A stretch of DNA of 64,000 bases from a virus (taxonomy: Duplodnaviria; Caudoviricetes). Location: positions 3,069-67,068 of IMG/VR virus record IMGVR_UViG_3300025944_000010; one strand, given 5' to 3'. The notes under the pieces are model-generated. The model was not told the DNA's origin. It did no database searches and saw only the letters and a program-made list of their open reading frames with translations. This document shows, one piece after another, positions 1 through 9,400 of the stretch. A program made the translations under genes and the position numbers. Within the stretch, counting starts at the first letter, position 1, and every line of letters begins with the position of its first letter.

Positions 1-249
1 TGGCCAGAGGAGCTGCCAAAGCCTGAAGCTGCCATTGAAACATTTATCAGGCGGCAACATCCACGTTCGCGGTTTTATTACACGTCAGAGACAGTATGCG
101 GAGAGTGTAATGCGCCAATTTATCTGTGTGGCGGAAACTGGATACATGATGATGCTTTGCATACATGTAAATTGGGCAAGTTCGCAAAAGGGGAAAGGGT
201 TACAGGCGCAAGGCCCGCCGGGGACGCGCAGGGGGAGGGGCGTAAATGA
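1..249 (+). CDS. 5'-truncated hypothetical protein with CxxC motif
   Basis: Frame 1 is open from base 1 to TGA 247-249, which overlaps the next ATG (ATGA). Confidence 0.6.
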   Translation, partial: WPEELPKPEAAIETFIRRQHPRSRFYYTSETVCGECNAPIYLCGGNWIHDDALHTCKLGKFAKGERVTGARPAGDAQGEGRK

Positions 250-548
250 GCGTGTACGTCGATGACATGGAAGCGCCGTATCGCGGAATGAAGATGTGCC
301 ACATGATAGCGGATTCAACAGAGGAACTTTTGGCTATGGTTGACCGCATCGGCGTAAAGCGGAAATGGATTCAGCAACCGGGAGGGCCGCGTGAGCACTT
401 CGACATCTGCCTTGCCAAAAAGAAGCTGGCCTTGGAAGCCGGGGCGATTGCAATAACGTGGCACGATCTCGCGCAGATTACATGGAAGCGGACTAAGGAA
501 TGGAGATCCAAAAAGTTGCCCAGCGTAGCAGAAAGGACTGAGCCGTGA
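246..548 (+). CDS. DUF4031-family protein
   Basis: MSVYVDD...CHMIADSTEELLAMVDRIG...WIQ...EHFDI pattern typical of DUF4031. Confidence 0.8.
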   Translation: MSVYVDDMEAPYRGMKMCHMIADSTEELLAMVDRIGVKRKWIQQPGGPREHFDICLAKKKLALEAGAIAITWHDLAQITWKRTKEWRSKKLPSVAERTEP

Positions 549-651
549 CGTAAAATACAAAAGTTTACAAGTTAGCAAACAACTACTCTGAAAAATAGTT
601 TGCAATAAATACTTTCCATGGTGATATATTCCCTATTGACAACTAGAGGGA

Positions 652-1134
652 GTGGAACACATGAGAAAAGTAATTAGTTTACTGATGATTTGCGTAGCAC
701 TTGCGGTTTTTAATCCCATTCCAGTTCAAGCGCAGTTTCAGAATCCCTCTGCAATATCTGTTTATTCTCCAGCCACGGTCACAGTCACAGCGACATGTAC
801 AACTACGGGATGTCCTACATTTACTCTTCCCGCAGTCTGTACAGCGACAGTACGCCTAGCAGGGACAAATAGCGCGGTGTCTGTTATCGCCCAAGTTAGC
901 AATGATGGTGGAGCGAATTATAGTCCGATTGTTCCTACAGTTGTTGGTGGAACAGGACTAACTACTCCCAATGGAACAGTAACCGCTACTACAGGAGCGA
1001 TGGTTGCTGGATTCTATGCATTACAGCTTCCGACTTACAATCGCGTTCGTTTTATCGTCGGTACTCTCACTGGAACAAATTTAACAATTACGCTGAAGGC
1101 TAGCAGCGCATGTAATGGTGGAGCAATCCTGTAA
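652..1134 (+). CDS. Signal-peptide-bearing beta-rich protein (likely start 661)
   Basis: MRKVISLLMICVALAVFNPIPVQA|Q N-terminus; Thr/Gly-rich beta-strand body. Confidence 0.7.
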   Translation: MEHMRKVISLLMICVALAVFNPIPVQAQFQNPSAISVYSPATVTVTATCTTTGCPTFTLPAVCTATVRLAGTNSAVSVIAQVSNDGGANYSPIVPTVVGGTGLTTPNGTVTATTGAMVAGFYALQLPTYNRVRFIVGTLTGTNLTITLKASSACNGGAIL

Positions 1135-1155
1135 AAAGTCTTACGGTAAGACAAT

Positions 1156-1776
1156 GTGGACACTTTCTACACAATCGAGAAACTTGGCAACAAACAGAGG
1201 CTTACGCCTGAAGGGTTTCTGCTTTGCGAAGATGTCCCGATTGCGCGAACGGGTACGCAGCTTTATTTGGCGCGAGAAGTTCCTGAGATTGAAGCCGATA
1301 GTCAAGGCCATGTCACAATGGAGCGCGACGAAGAAGATGTATTCAGGCCAGAAACAATTGCAAGCGTCAACGGAAAGTGCATTACCGTTGACCATCCTAA
1401 TGATCTAGTAAGGCCGCATAGCTGGAGAGATTTAGCGGTAGGAGTGGCATTAAACGCAAGACGCGGAAGCAATGGAGATAAAGATTTATTACGCGCTGAT
1501 TTGTTGATTACGGATTTTGAAGCTATCGAGCAAGTAAGACAGCGTACCGAAGATGCAAAGCGCGGACTAGGGACGGGGCAGGAAATAAGTGCAGGGTACA
1601 ACTACAACGGGGTACAGATTGCAAAAGGCAGGGGCAAACAGACCGATATATGGATTAACCATATAGCCCTAGTTGACGCGGCGAGATGTGGAAGTAGATG
1701 CAGTATCGGTGACGCGGTAGTGGTAGAAAAAAAGAGAACGTCAAAAATTGTAAGAGTGTTTATACATAGGAGCTGA
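1156..1776 (+). CDS. DUF2213 head maturation protease-like protein
   Basis: RLTPEGFLLCEDVPIARTG, TVDHP and NHIALVD..RCG.RCSIGD motifs; first gene of head module. Confidence 0.88.
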   Translation: MDTFYTIEKLGNKQRLTPEGFLLCEDVPIARTGTQLYLAREVPEIEADSQGHVTMERDEEDVFRPETIASVNGKCITVDHPNDLVRPHSWRDLAVGVALNARRGSNGDKDLLRADLLITDFEAIEQVRQRTEDAKRGLGTGQEISAGYNYNGVQIAKGRGKQTDIWINHIALVDAARCGSRCSIGDAVVVEKKRTSKIVRVFIHRS

Positions 1777-1777
1777 A

Positions 1778-2608
1778 ATGAAACTCTGGGAAAAACTCAA
1801 AGCGGCCTACAACGGAAAAGACTGCAAGACTTTTGATGAGGCCATTGCCGAGTTGAAGGCTAAGGATGAGGACTCAGAGGGTGGGACTGCGGTACATGTC
1901 CACACAAACGAAGGCCGTTCGGCTTATGATGATGACACCTTAAAAGGTTTGTTTGAGAAAAACGAAACCGAGCATAAGGCGATGGATGAGCGCATGGCCG
2001 CGTGTGAAGGCATGATGAAAACGGCCAATGATGCCAAGGCCAAAGACGAAGAGGAAAAGAAAAAGAAAGAAGAAGAGCAGAAGGCCAAGGACGCGGAGAA
2101 AGAAAAAGAAGAAAAGGAAATTAAGGATGCATTGGCCGATGAAGCTCCGGCAGGGGAAGAAGAAAAAGCCAAGACAGCGAAGGACAGCAGTTATTTAGTC
2201 GAAAGTTTCCAGACTACAAAATCAAAGGCGGAAATCATTGCTCCGGGAATCCATCTGCCAGCGTTTGATAAGGCGGCAGACCCAAAGGTTACGTTTAATT
2301 CCATCTGTGGATTGAGGCGTAAAGCAATCCAGTCGGCAGCGCGTGATGCTGATTCACTGGCAATGATTCTGAAACTCAGCGGCGGCAAAGCATTCGATTC
2401 GGCCAAGATGGATGGAATGTCTTGCGGTCGGATTAAAGTTTTGTTCGATTCATTGGCAGAAATGAAACGCTTGGCCAACAATGCAGCGGCCAACAAGGAA
2501 AAGCCGGACATGGCTGCATTGTTGCAAACCGATGGTCAGCCGATGAGCAATGAGAAATTTAAATCGGTGCGAGAAGAAGCGCGTAAGAAGCGCGGTCAGC
2601 ACGTATAA
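1778..2608 (+). CDS. Capsid scaffold-like protein
   Basis: Charged coiled-coil rich in KD/EEK; lies between protease and decoration genes. Confidence 0.7.
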   Translation: MKLWEKLKAAYNGKDCKTFDEAIAELKAKDEDSEGGTAVHVHTNEGRSAYDDDTLKGLFEKNETEHKAMDERMAACEGMMKTANDAKAKDEEEKKKKEEEQKAKDAEKEKEEKEIKDALADEAPAGEEEKAKTAKDSSYLVESFQTTKSKAEIIAPGIHLPAFDKAADPKVTFNSICGLRRKAIQSAARDADSLAMILKLSGGKAFDSAKMDGMSCGRIKVLFDSLAEMKRLANNAAANKEKPDMAALLQTDGQPMSNEKFKSVREEARKKRGQHV

Positions 2609-2644
2609 AAGTTTTGAAATAGAAATTTTTCAGGAGGCAACACA

Positions 2645-3181
2645 ATGGGCGCAGCGTTTACATTCAGAGCGGGAGCGGGATTTCCCGGCAACGTAACTCG
2701 CCAAGAGAACAGCATTATTGAACCTGCTCTCATTGATGCCGCAGCACCGCCATTGCTTTATGGTGTGCCAGTGGTGATTGATCCGACTACGCAAGGCGTG
2801 AGACCGTTGGTAGCTGGCGATAGTGGATTGACGAATTTTTATGGAATTTTGGTTCGCGCATTCCCGACATCGCAAGCGTCAACTACAAATTTTGGAAATA
2901 CTCCACTCGGCACTAACCCAGCTCCTCCTACCAGCGGCCCCTGTGATGTATTAGTAAGTGGATATATCAATGTACAGGTTCCTATAGGATCGGCATTGGC
3001 CTTGAAGAACGGCGCGGTATTTGTGTGGGTAGCTGCGACATCAGGAGTTCATATTCAGGGTGGATTTGAAACGGCTGCAAATGGCGGTAACACTATTGCC
3101 ATCGGCGGTGCAGGCGTAACAACGCATTACAACGGTGGCCAAGACGCGAACGGGATCATCGAGTTAGTGTTTAACATTTAA
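2645..3181 (+). CDS. Capsid decoration/cement protein
   Basis: AFTFRAGAGFPGNVTR N-terminus; directly upstream of capsid gene as in Bcep781-like phages. Confidence 0.75.
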   Translation: MGAAFTFRAGAGFPGNVTRQENSIIEPALIDAAAPPLLYGVPVVIDPTTQGVRPLVAGDSGLTNFYGILVRAFPTSQASTTNFGNTPLGTNPAPPTSGPCDVLVSGYINVQVPIGSALALKNGAVFVWVAATSGVHIQGGFETAANGGNTIAIGGAGVTTHYNGGQDANGIIELVFNI

Positions 3182-3256
3182 GTTTCGGAACAAAGTTTAT
3201 TTCCGACAGGGAGTGGCCTGAAAACATGGCCACACCTAATTTTAGGAGGAAGCGCA

Positions 3257-4318
3257 ATGTTGACTTTCGATCAGAGGGCGTTCGATGCCACAGGTATCCC
3301 AATGGGCAAGAAACTTGGGGGAACCTACACTAAAGACGGAAAGTCTTACGATTCCACAGGCGCATTCCTCGAGAATGAACTATCGCGCATCGACCCCAAG
3401 ATGCACATGCCGCTTGCCGATATTCAGTATGATCGGGATATCGACATTCGCAGCGACGTAACGATGGCCGATGAATTTTCCAGTTTCACGGTATCGACAT
3501 TCGGCGGCACAGGTGGACTCGGTACGGGAAACTCAATCGGCAACGGTAAGCACTGGATTGGTCAGAACTCCACGGCCATCAGTGGGGTGTCGGTAGATAT
3601 CGGATTGATTACGCATCCACTGCGCAAGTGGGCCATTGAATCCGCGTATGACATATGGGACATCGAGCAGAGTGCGAAGCTTGGCCGTCCGATTGACCAG
3701 CAGAAATTCTATGCGCTTCAGAGAATGCACGAAATGGAAGCAGATGAGCAGGCTTACATTGGTGACATTCCAAACGGTGACGCTGGATTGCTTACGCAAC
3801 CTTCAACCGTGGTAGTGCCTCAGAACGTAGCGATAGGAGGGGCAGGAAGCACGTCATGGGCGCTGAAAACTCCGGCAGAAATTCTTGCCGATGTAAACAC
3901 GGCAGTAACGGCGGTATGGACTGCCAGCGCGTATGCGGTGATGCCGGAAAGAATTTTGCTGCCACCAGCGCAATACGGGGCAATCAGTACTGCTTTGATT
4001 TCTTCTGCTGGACAGGGATCAGTGTTGAAGTACCTGAAACAGAATTCAGTAGTGATGGCGAAGGAAGGAAAAGAGTTGGACATTCAGCCTGTGAAGTGGC
4101 TGGCAGGAGCGGGTGTAGGTGGAACAATCGGTACGCCGGGAATAGATCGCATGGTGGTCTATACCAAGCGTGAAGAGTACATTCGTTTCCCCTATGTACC
4201 GATGGCGCGTACCCCGGTAGAGTTCCGTGGCATCTATCACATCACTACTTACTACGGCAAAATGGGAGTGGTGGAGGTTGTATATCCACAAACCGTAGGA
4301 TATTTCGACGGAATCTAG
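3257..4318 (+). CDS. Major capsid protein (DUF2184 family)
   Basis: 353 aa; GAFLENEL.RID, KTPAEILADVN, DRMVVY, YYGKMGVVEVVYP; strong SD AGGAGG. Confidence 0.9.
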   Translation: MLTFDQRAFDATGIPMGKKLGGTYTKDGKSYDSTGAFLENELSRIDPKMHMPLADIQYDRDIDIRSDVTMADEFSSFTVSTFGGTGGLGTGNSIGNGKHWIGQNSTAISGVSVDIGLITHPLRKWAIESAYDIWDIEQSAKLGRPIDQQKFYALQRMHEMEADEQAYIGDIPNGDAGLLTQPSTVVVPQNVAIGGAGSTSWALKTPAEILADVNTAVTAVWTASAYAVMPERILLPPAQYGAISTALISSAGQGSVLKYLKQNSVVMAKEGKELDIQPVKWLAGAGVGGTIGTPGIDRMVVYTKREEYIRFPYVPMARTPVEFRGIYHITTYYGKMGVVEVVYPQTVGYFDGI

Positions 4319-4378
4319 TTAATAAAGTAATTAGCAGAAAGTCTTACCGTAAGACAATTTTTAGGGAGAGAAAAAGTT

Positions 4379-4825
4379 ATGGCTACCACGAACGTAACAG
4401 AGAAAAAAGACGAAGGAACCTCAACCTATTTCTTTCCCAGAGTTGTCCACTTGCGCCTAGCAGATGGAAGCCTGTTGAAGTTTGCGCCGGGGCCGCGAGA
4501 GGTTCCAAACAATCTGCATCCGGCAGAGATGGAAATTCTCAAGCGCAACGGGGTAAAGCCGATTGGCCAGACCTCTAAACAGGTCATTGCGGCGACGGAA
4601 GCGGCCATTGCTGCCCCTGCTACCGACTTAGACACTGCCAAGGTCAAAGCTATTCAGGAGAAGGCTCTGGCGCAGTCCGGTGAAAAATCTACGGAGTTAT
4701 CATCTGACGAAAAAGCCAAGGCCGCAAAGGAAAAGGCAGCGATAGATAAAGCTAGGTCGGATGCTGATGTCAAGGTAGCAACGGACAAAGTCAGGACAGA
4801 TGCGGACACAAAGAAAACAACCTAA
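4379..4825 (+). CDS. Hypothetical virion-module protein
   Basis: SD GGGAGAG; between capsid and DUF4054; K/A-rich tail. Confidence 0.7.
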   Translation: MATTNVTEKKDEGTSTYFFPRVVHLRLADGSLLKFAPGPREVPNNLHPAEMEILKRNGVKPIGQTSKQVIAATEAAIAAPATDLDTAKVKAIQEKALAQSGEKSTELSSDEKAKAAKEKAAIDKARSDADVKVATDKVRTDADTKKTT

Positions 4826-4853
4826 TATTTTTTAACGGGGGAGGGTCTAGGCA

Positions 4854-5315
4854 ATGTCATCTGTACCTCTTCCTGTCCCGAGTACGTTTCGCGCTGATTT
4901 CCCAGAATTCGCAAACACTACAACCTATCCCGATAGCCTGATTAACTTCTGGCTTGGGATAGGCGTTTTGCGTTTAACGGCAAAATGGGGAACGCTGCTG
5001 AATCAGGGATTGGAATTATTCACAGCGCATTTTATTTCGATCAGCGCAATGAATCAGTTATCGGTAGCGGCTGGTGGAATACCGGGAATGCAGCGCGGAG
5101 TTATTAGCTCGGAGCAAGCGGAGATATCGGTTAGCTACGATACGGCGGCTGCAATAGTAAAAGATGCGGGGCATTGGAACCTAACTGTATATGGAACGTA
5201 TTTTCTGGAACTAGCTAATTTGGTTGGCATGGGGCCAATACAAGTTAGTCCTAGTTGGTGGCAAAACAATGGGGTACAGGTTAATGCTTTAGGATGGCCG
5301 TGGTTCCCGTTCTAG
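4854..5315 (+). CDS. Head-tail adaptor (DUF4054)
   Basis: FRADFPEFA...YPD, LFTAH, SVSYD, WNLTVYG..F motifs. Confidence 0.88.
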   Translation: MSSVPLPVPSTFRADFPEFANTTTYPDSLINFWLGIGVLRLTAKWGTLLNQGLELFTAHFISISAMNQLSVAAGGIPGMQRGVISSEQAEISVSYDTAAAIVKDAGHWNLTVYGTYFLELANLVGMGPIQVSPSWWQNNGVQVNALGWPWFPF

Positions 5316-5332
5316 GTTAGAATGATAACCCA

Positions 5333-5824
5333 ATGCCTACAAACGTAAACATCAATGTAAACATTACAGTAGATAATCTAGCGCAATTTGAAGCGGCGAT
5401 TAATCTACTTCAGAAAAAGCAAGTGCTAGCAGGAGTACCAGAAGCCAAGGCACGCAGAAGTGGGCCAATCAATAACGCGACACTAGCGCGAATCCACGAC
5501 AAAGGGAGTCCATCGCAAAACATTCCCGCTAGGCCATTTATGGAGCCGGGAATTAAATCAGTACAGAGCAGGATGGAGCAGAAGTTGTTAGGTGTAGGCC
5601 AAGCGGTGCTTGAAGGTGATACGGTTAAAGCGGAGCAAGGGTTAGAAAGCGTGGGATTGATAGCGCAGAACGGATTACGCGCAATGGTTAATTCCAACAT
5701 TCAACCTGCATTGAAACCAGCAACATTGGCAGCGCGTAGGCGTAGGGGAAGGACAGGAACAAGAACATTGGTATCTTCGGGAGAAATGCGCAATAGTCTT
5801 ACCTATGTAGTAAAAGACAAATGA
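5333..5824 (+). CDS. Neck / tail completion protein
   Basis: VLAGVPE, IHDKGSP..NIPARPFM, T.ARR.RRGRTGTRTLV.SG motifs. Confidence 0.8.
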   Translation: MPTNVNINVNITVDNLAQFEAAINLLQKKQVLAGVPEAKARRSGPINNATLARIHDKGSPSQNIPARPFMEPGIKSVQSRMEQKLLGVGQAVLEGDTVKAEQGLESVGLIAQNGLRAMVNSNIQPALKPATLAARRRRGRTGTRTLVSSGEMRNSLTYVVKDK

Positions 5825-5825
5825 A

Positions 5826-6467
5826 ATGTGTCCACTACTCAATCCCGGCGCAGTAGTTTTAAGCAGCCCAATGCTGCTTGATACCTTCAGTGTAATGCGC
5901 AGGATTGAAACGGTAAACAGTTCCGGAGAATCGGTGCTTTCGGTTTCCGCTACAACTGGAATCTATGGAGTAGTTAAGCCCATAGGTGACAGACTAGATC
6001 GTAGAGCGGATGAAGATTCCAGCAAGAAAGATTTGCGAGTGTTTACCAAGTTTGCGCTGAGAGGATCGACAAGGGATGGAGTACCCACAGATTACAAACC
6101 TGACCTTGTGTACTGGCATGGGAACAACTTCCTTGTAGTTGATGTTAGGGATTGGGGAGCATACGGAGTAGGATACGTAGTAGCAGAATGTAACTTATTT
6201 GAGCTGGTATCGGCTCCTCCTCAAGTAAATTCAGGGTTAGGAAATTCTGGAACCCTGCTGCCGTTCGGGGGACTCGTGACGGCCTATCAACCTACAATCA
6301 TTTCCAGCAATCAGGCGACAATACCTATTACGATTCTGGCACAGAACGGGATTCTGTTTAAGAATGGAATCCAACTGCAAGCGCCTAGCCAGTTCACGAT
6401 ATCAGGGCAGACTATAACTTTTGTGGATCTATTAGTACCGGGGGACGCGCTCACATTCTACGCATGA
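5826..6467 (+). CDS. Head-closure protein with C-terminal extension
   Basis: N-terminal ~130 aa resembles a head-closure protein (PDLVYWHGNNFLV..V.DWGAYG.GY); ~80 aa extra C-terminal domain. Confidence 0.7.
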   Translation: MCPLLNPGAVVLSSPMLLDTFSVMRRIETVNSSGESVLSVSATTGIYGVVKPIGDRLDRRADEDSSKKDLRVFTKFALRGSTRDGVPTDYKPDLVYWHGNNFLVVDVRDWGAYGVGYVVAECNLFELVSAPPQVNSGLGNSGTLLPFGGLVTAYQPTIISSNQATIPITILAQNGILFKNGIQLQAPSQFTISGQTITFVDLLVPGDALTFYA

Positions 6468-9400
6468 AAAAATTCCTAAAAAGTCTCACGGTCATACTTT
6501 TTTATGCTCTGGCAATAGGGCAAAACCTTCCCAATATTTCCACCCAAACCAAAGGGCAACTGCCAATCAATAGGTTGAATGCGCCGGGGGTAGCAGGGTT
6601 ATGCTTACAGACAGATGGATTGGGAAATGTTGCGGTACAAAGTTGCTCGGGAACAATATCGGGAACAGTAACAAATTTCAGCGCAAACAATCTGTCTCCG
6701 TTATTTGTGACTTCTGTATTTAATCCGACTACTACGCCAGCCTTAAGTTTCTCGCTATCAAGCTTTGCGCCACACACATTTTTTGGTAATAATACTTCGG
6801 TAACGGCGATTCCGGGCGCACAATCCATAGGAATCGCTGACCTTCCGGGGTCAGGGGCCGTCACCATTAATACCTCATTTCCTATTGGTGGGGGTGGCTC
6901 TTTGGCTCTTGGGGGAAGTTTGAGTTTGACGTGCGCAAGTTGCGTTACTAATATCCCGCAATTGCCGATAACAAAAACTGCTGTAGCTTCAAGTTGGATC
7001 AATTCCTACGATTCAACTACAGGATTATTTACTGCTACACGTCCAGCATATACAGACTTGACAGGATTACCGCAGCTTGCGGTGACAAAAGCGGCAGCTT
7101 CATCTAATTGGCTGCGTAGCTATGATTCAACCACTGGATTATTTGTAGCTAGTCAACCTGCTTACTCTGATATTTCTGGGACTCCGCAGCTTGCGATTAC
7201 CAAAACATCCATATCGTCAAACTGGATTAATTCTTACAACTCTGCAACTGGATTATTTACGGCAACGCAACCTGCAACCGCAGACTTGAGCGACTTTCCA
7301 TCTCAAGCTACAAACTCAGGTAAATTCCTGACTACTAATGGAACGGTATTGAGTTGGGGGTCGCCATCGGGTGCAGGTACGGTAACCAGTTTTAGTAGTG
7401 GAAATTTATCGCCACTATTTACAACTTCAGTAGCAACCGCGAACACAACGCCAGCACAGACTTTTGCGTTATCTACAGCGGCTGCGCATCTGTTCTTTGG
7501 AAACAATACGGCAATTACCGCTGCTCCTGCTTATGAAGCAATTGGGAATAGTGACCTTCCCGGCTCTGGTGGGGTAACTTTAAATACGACTTCACCAATC
7601 ACGGGAGGCGGATTAGTAACTCTGGGGAATGCTCTTACGTTAGCGTGTCCATCGTGCTTGACTTCGGTAACTGCTCATAATCTTCTAAGCGCAACGCATG
7701 GCGATACCACAACACATGCAGTCTTACGGGGAGACTTAATTGCAGGAATCGGCGTAGCACCGACTTGGACAGCAGTAGCCAAAGGTGGAACGAATACCTA
7801 TCCAAAATGGAATGCAAGCGGGGATGTAGTAGCGTCAACTTTGGCAGCGTCGGGGGTAGGTTCGCCAACTACTTGCACGAATCAGGCTGTGACTGCGTTC
7901 ACTCTAAATGCCGATGCTGCGCCTACGTCAACCTGTACGACTATCACGAATGCATTTACGACAGGAACATTTCCAGCTACAGCACATAATTTATTGAGTT
8001 CTACTCATGGTGATACGACACCGGGAAGCGTAGTAACTGGCGATGTAATCAGCGGCCAATCGAGCGCATGGGCAAGGCTGGCGGGAAATAGTACGACAAC
8101 GCCGCAATATCTGAAGTCACTTGGAAGCGGAGCGGCGGCAACTGCCCCAAGTTGGGCGCAAGTGGCCTACACCGATCTATCGGGGGTACCTAGTACATTC
8201 GCGCCAACTGCACATAACATCCTGTCAACTGCTCATGGTGATACCACGGCAGCAGCAGCGGTAAGGGGTGATGGATTTTTTGCCATAGGTGTAACCCCTA
8301 CTTGGCAGAGGTTAGCGCATCCGGCAACTACAGGCGGATATTTTAAATGGAATGGTACGGACATAGTAGCTTCATCTCTGGCGGCAAGTGGAACGGGAAA
8401 TTGTGGAGCCAATAATTTTGAAACGGGGAGCAATGCTGACGCTGCCCCTACATGTGCGCAACCTGCGTTTACTAATCTTTCAGGTTCGGTAGCTGCTGCA
8501 CAGATGCCAGCATTGACCGGGGACATTACAAGTACGGCAGGAACGGTATCTACTACTCTGGCAACTGTAGCTACACCGGGAACCAATACGAAAGTTACAT
8601 TCAATGCCAAGGGTCTAGTTACTTCAGGGGCATCGGCTGTATTGGCATCGGCAGACTTCGTAAATCAGGGTACGACTACAACGCTGCTGCATGGAAATGC
8701 GGCTGGCAATCCATCGTTTGCTGGAGTCAATTTAATAAACGACGCTTCGGCCAATCAGGGAACAGTAAATCAGTTGTTACATGGGAATGCAGCGGGTCAG
8801 CCATCATTCAGCGCAGTGGCCAGCGCGGATTTAAATTTAACCACGACTGCATGTACAAACCAATTTGTATCTGCAATTTCTTCAGGTGGAGTGGGAACAT
8901 GTACTACGGATACTCTGGCATCGGCGCAACATGCGAATCAAGGTACGGTAAATACCGTGTTGCATGGGAACGCTGCGGGAAATCCCGCATTTAGTGCGGT
9001 AACGTCTGCTGACACTACAGGGACGTTTCCAGCCACGGCACACAACTTACTATCGGCAACGCATGGCGACAGCACCACGGGCACTGTAGCGCGAGGGGAC
9101 ATCATTACAGGGCAAGGCGCAAGTCCCACATGGACGCGACTAGCGAAGGGAGCAGCTAATCAATTACTCTCTATGGATGCTACGGGAACCGATATTATAT
9201 GGGCAGCGCCTTCGGGTGGAACGGGTACGGTAACATCTTTTAGTTCTGGTAATCTATCGCCAATTTTCACAACTTCTGTAGCCACGGCAACGACAACTCC
9301 TGCTCAAACATTTTCACTATCCACGGCAGGAGCGCATACATTTTTAGGGAATAACACTGGAGCTACAGCAGCACCCGCCTATGTACAACCTGCATTCACG

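Noticed and set aside
3183-3250. Three hairpins before the capsid gene
   Set aside because: Typical mRNA-stabilising or translation-tuning structure upstream of a major capsid gene; nothing distinctive.
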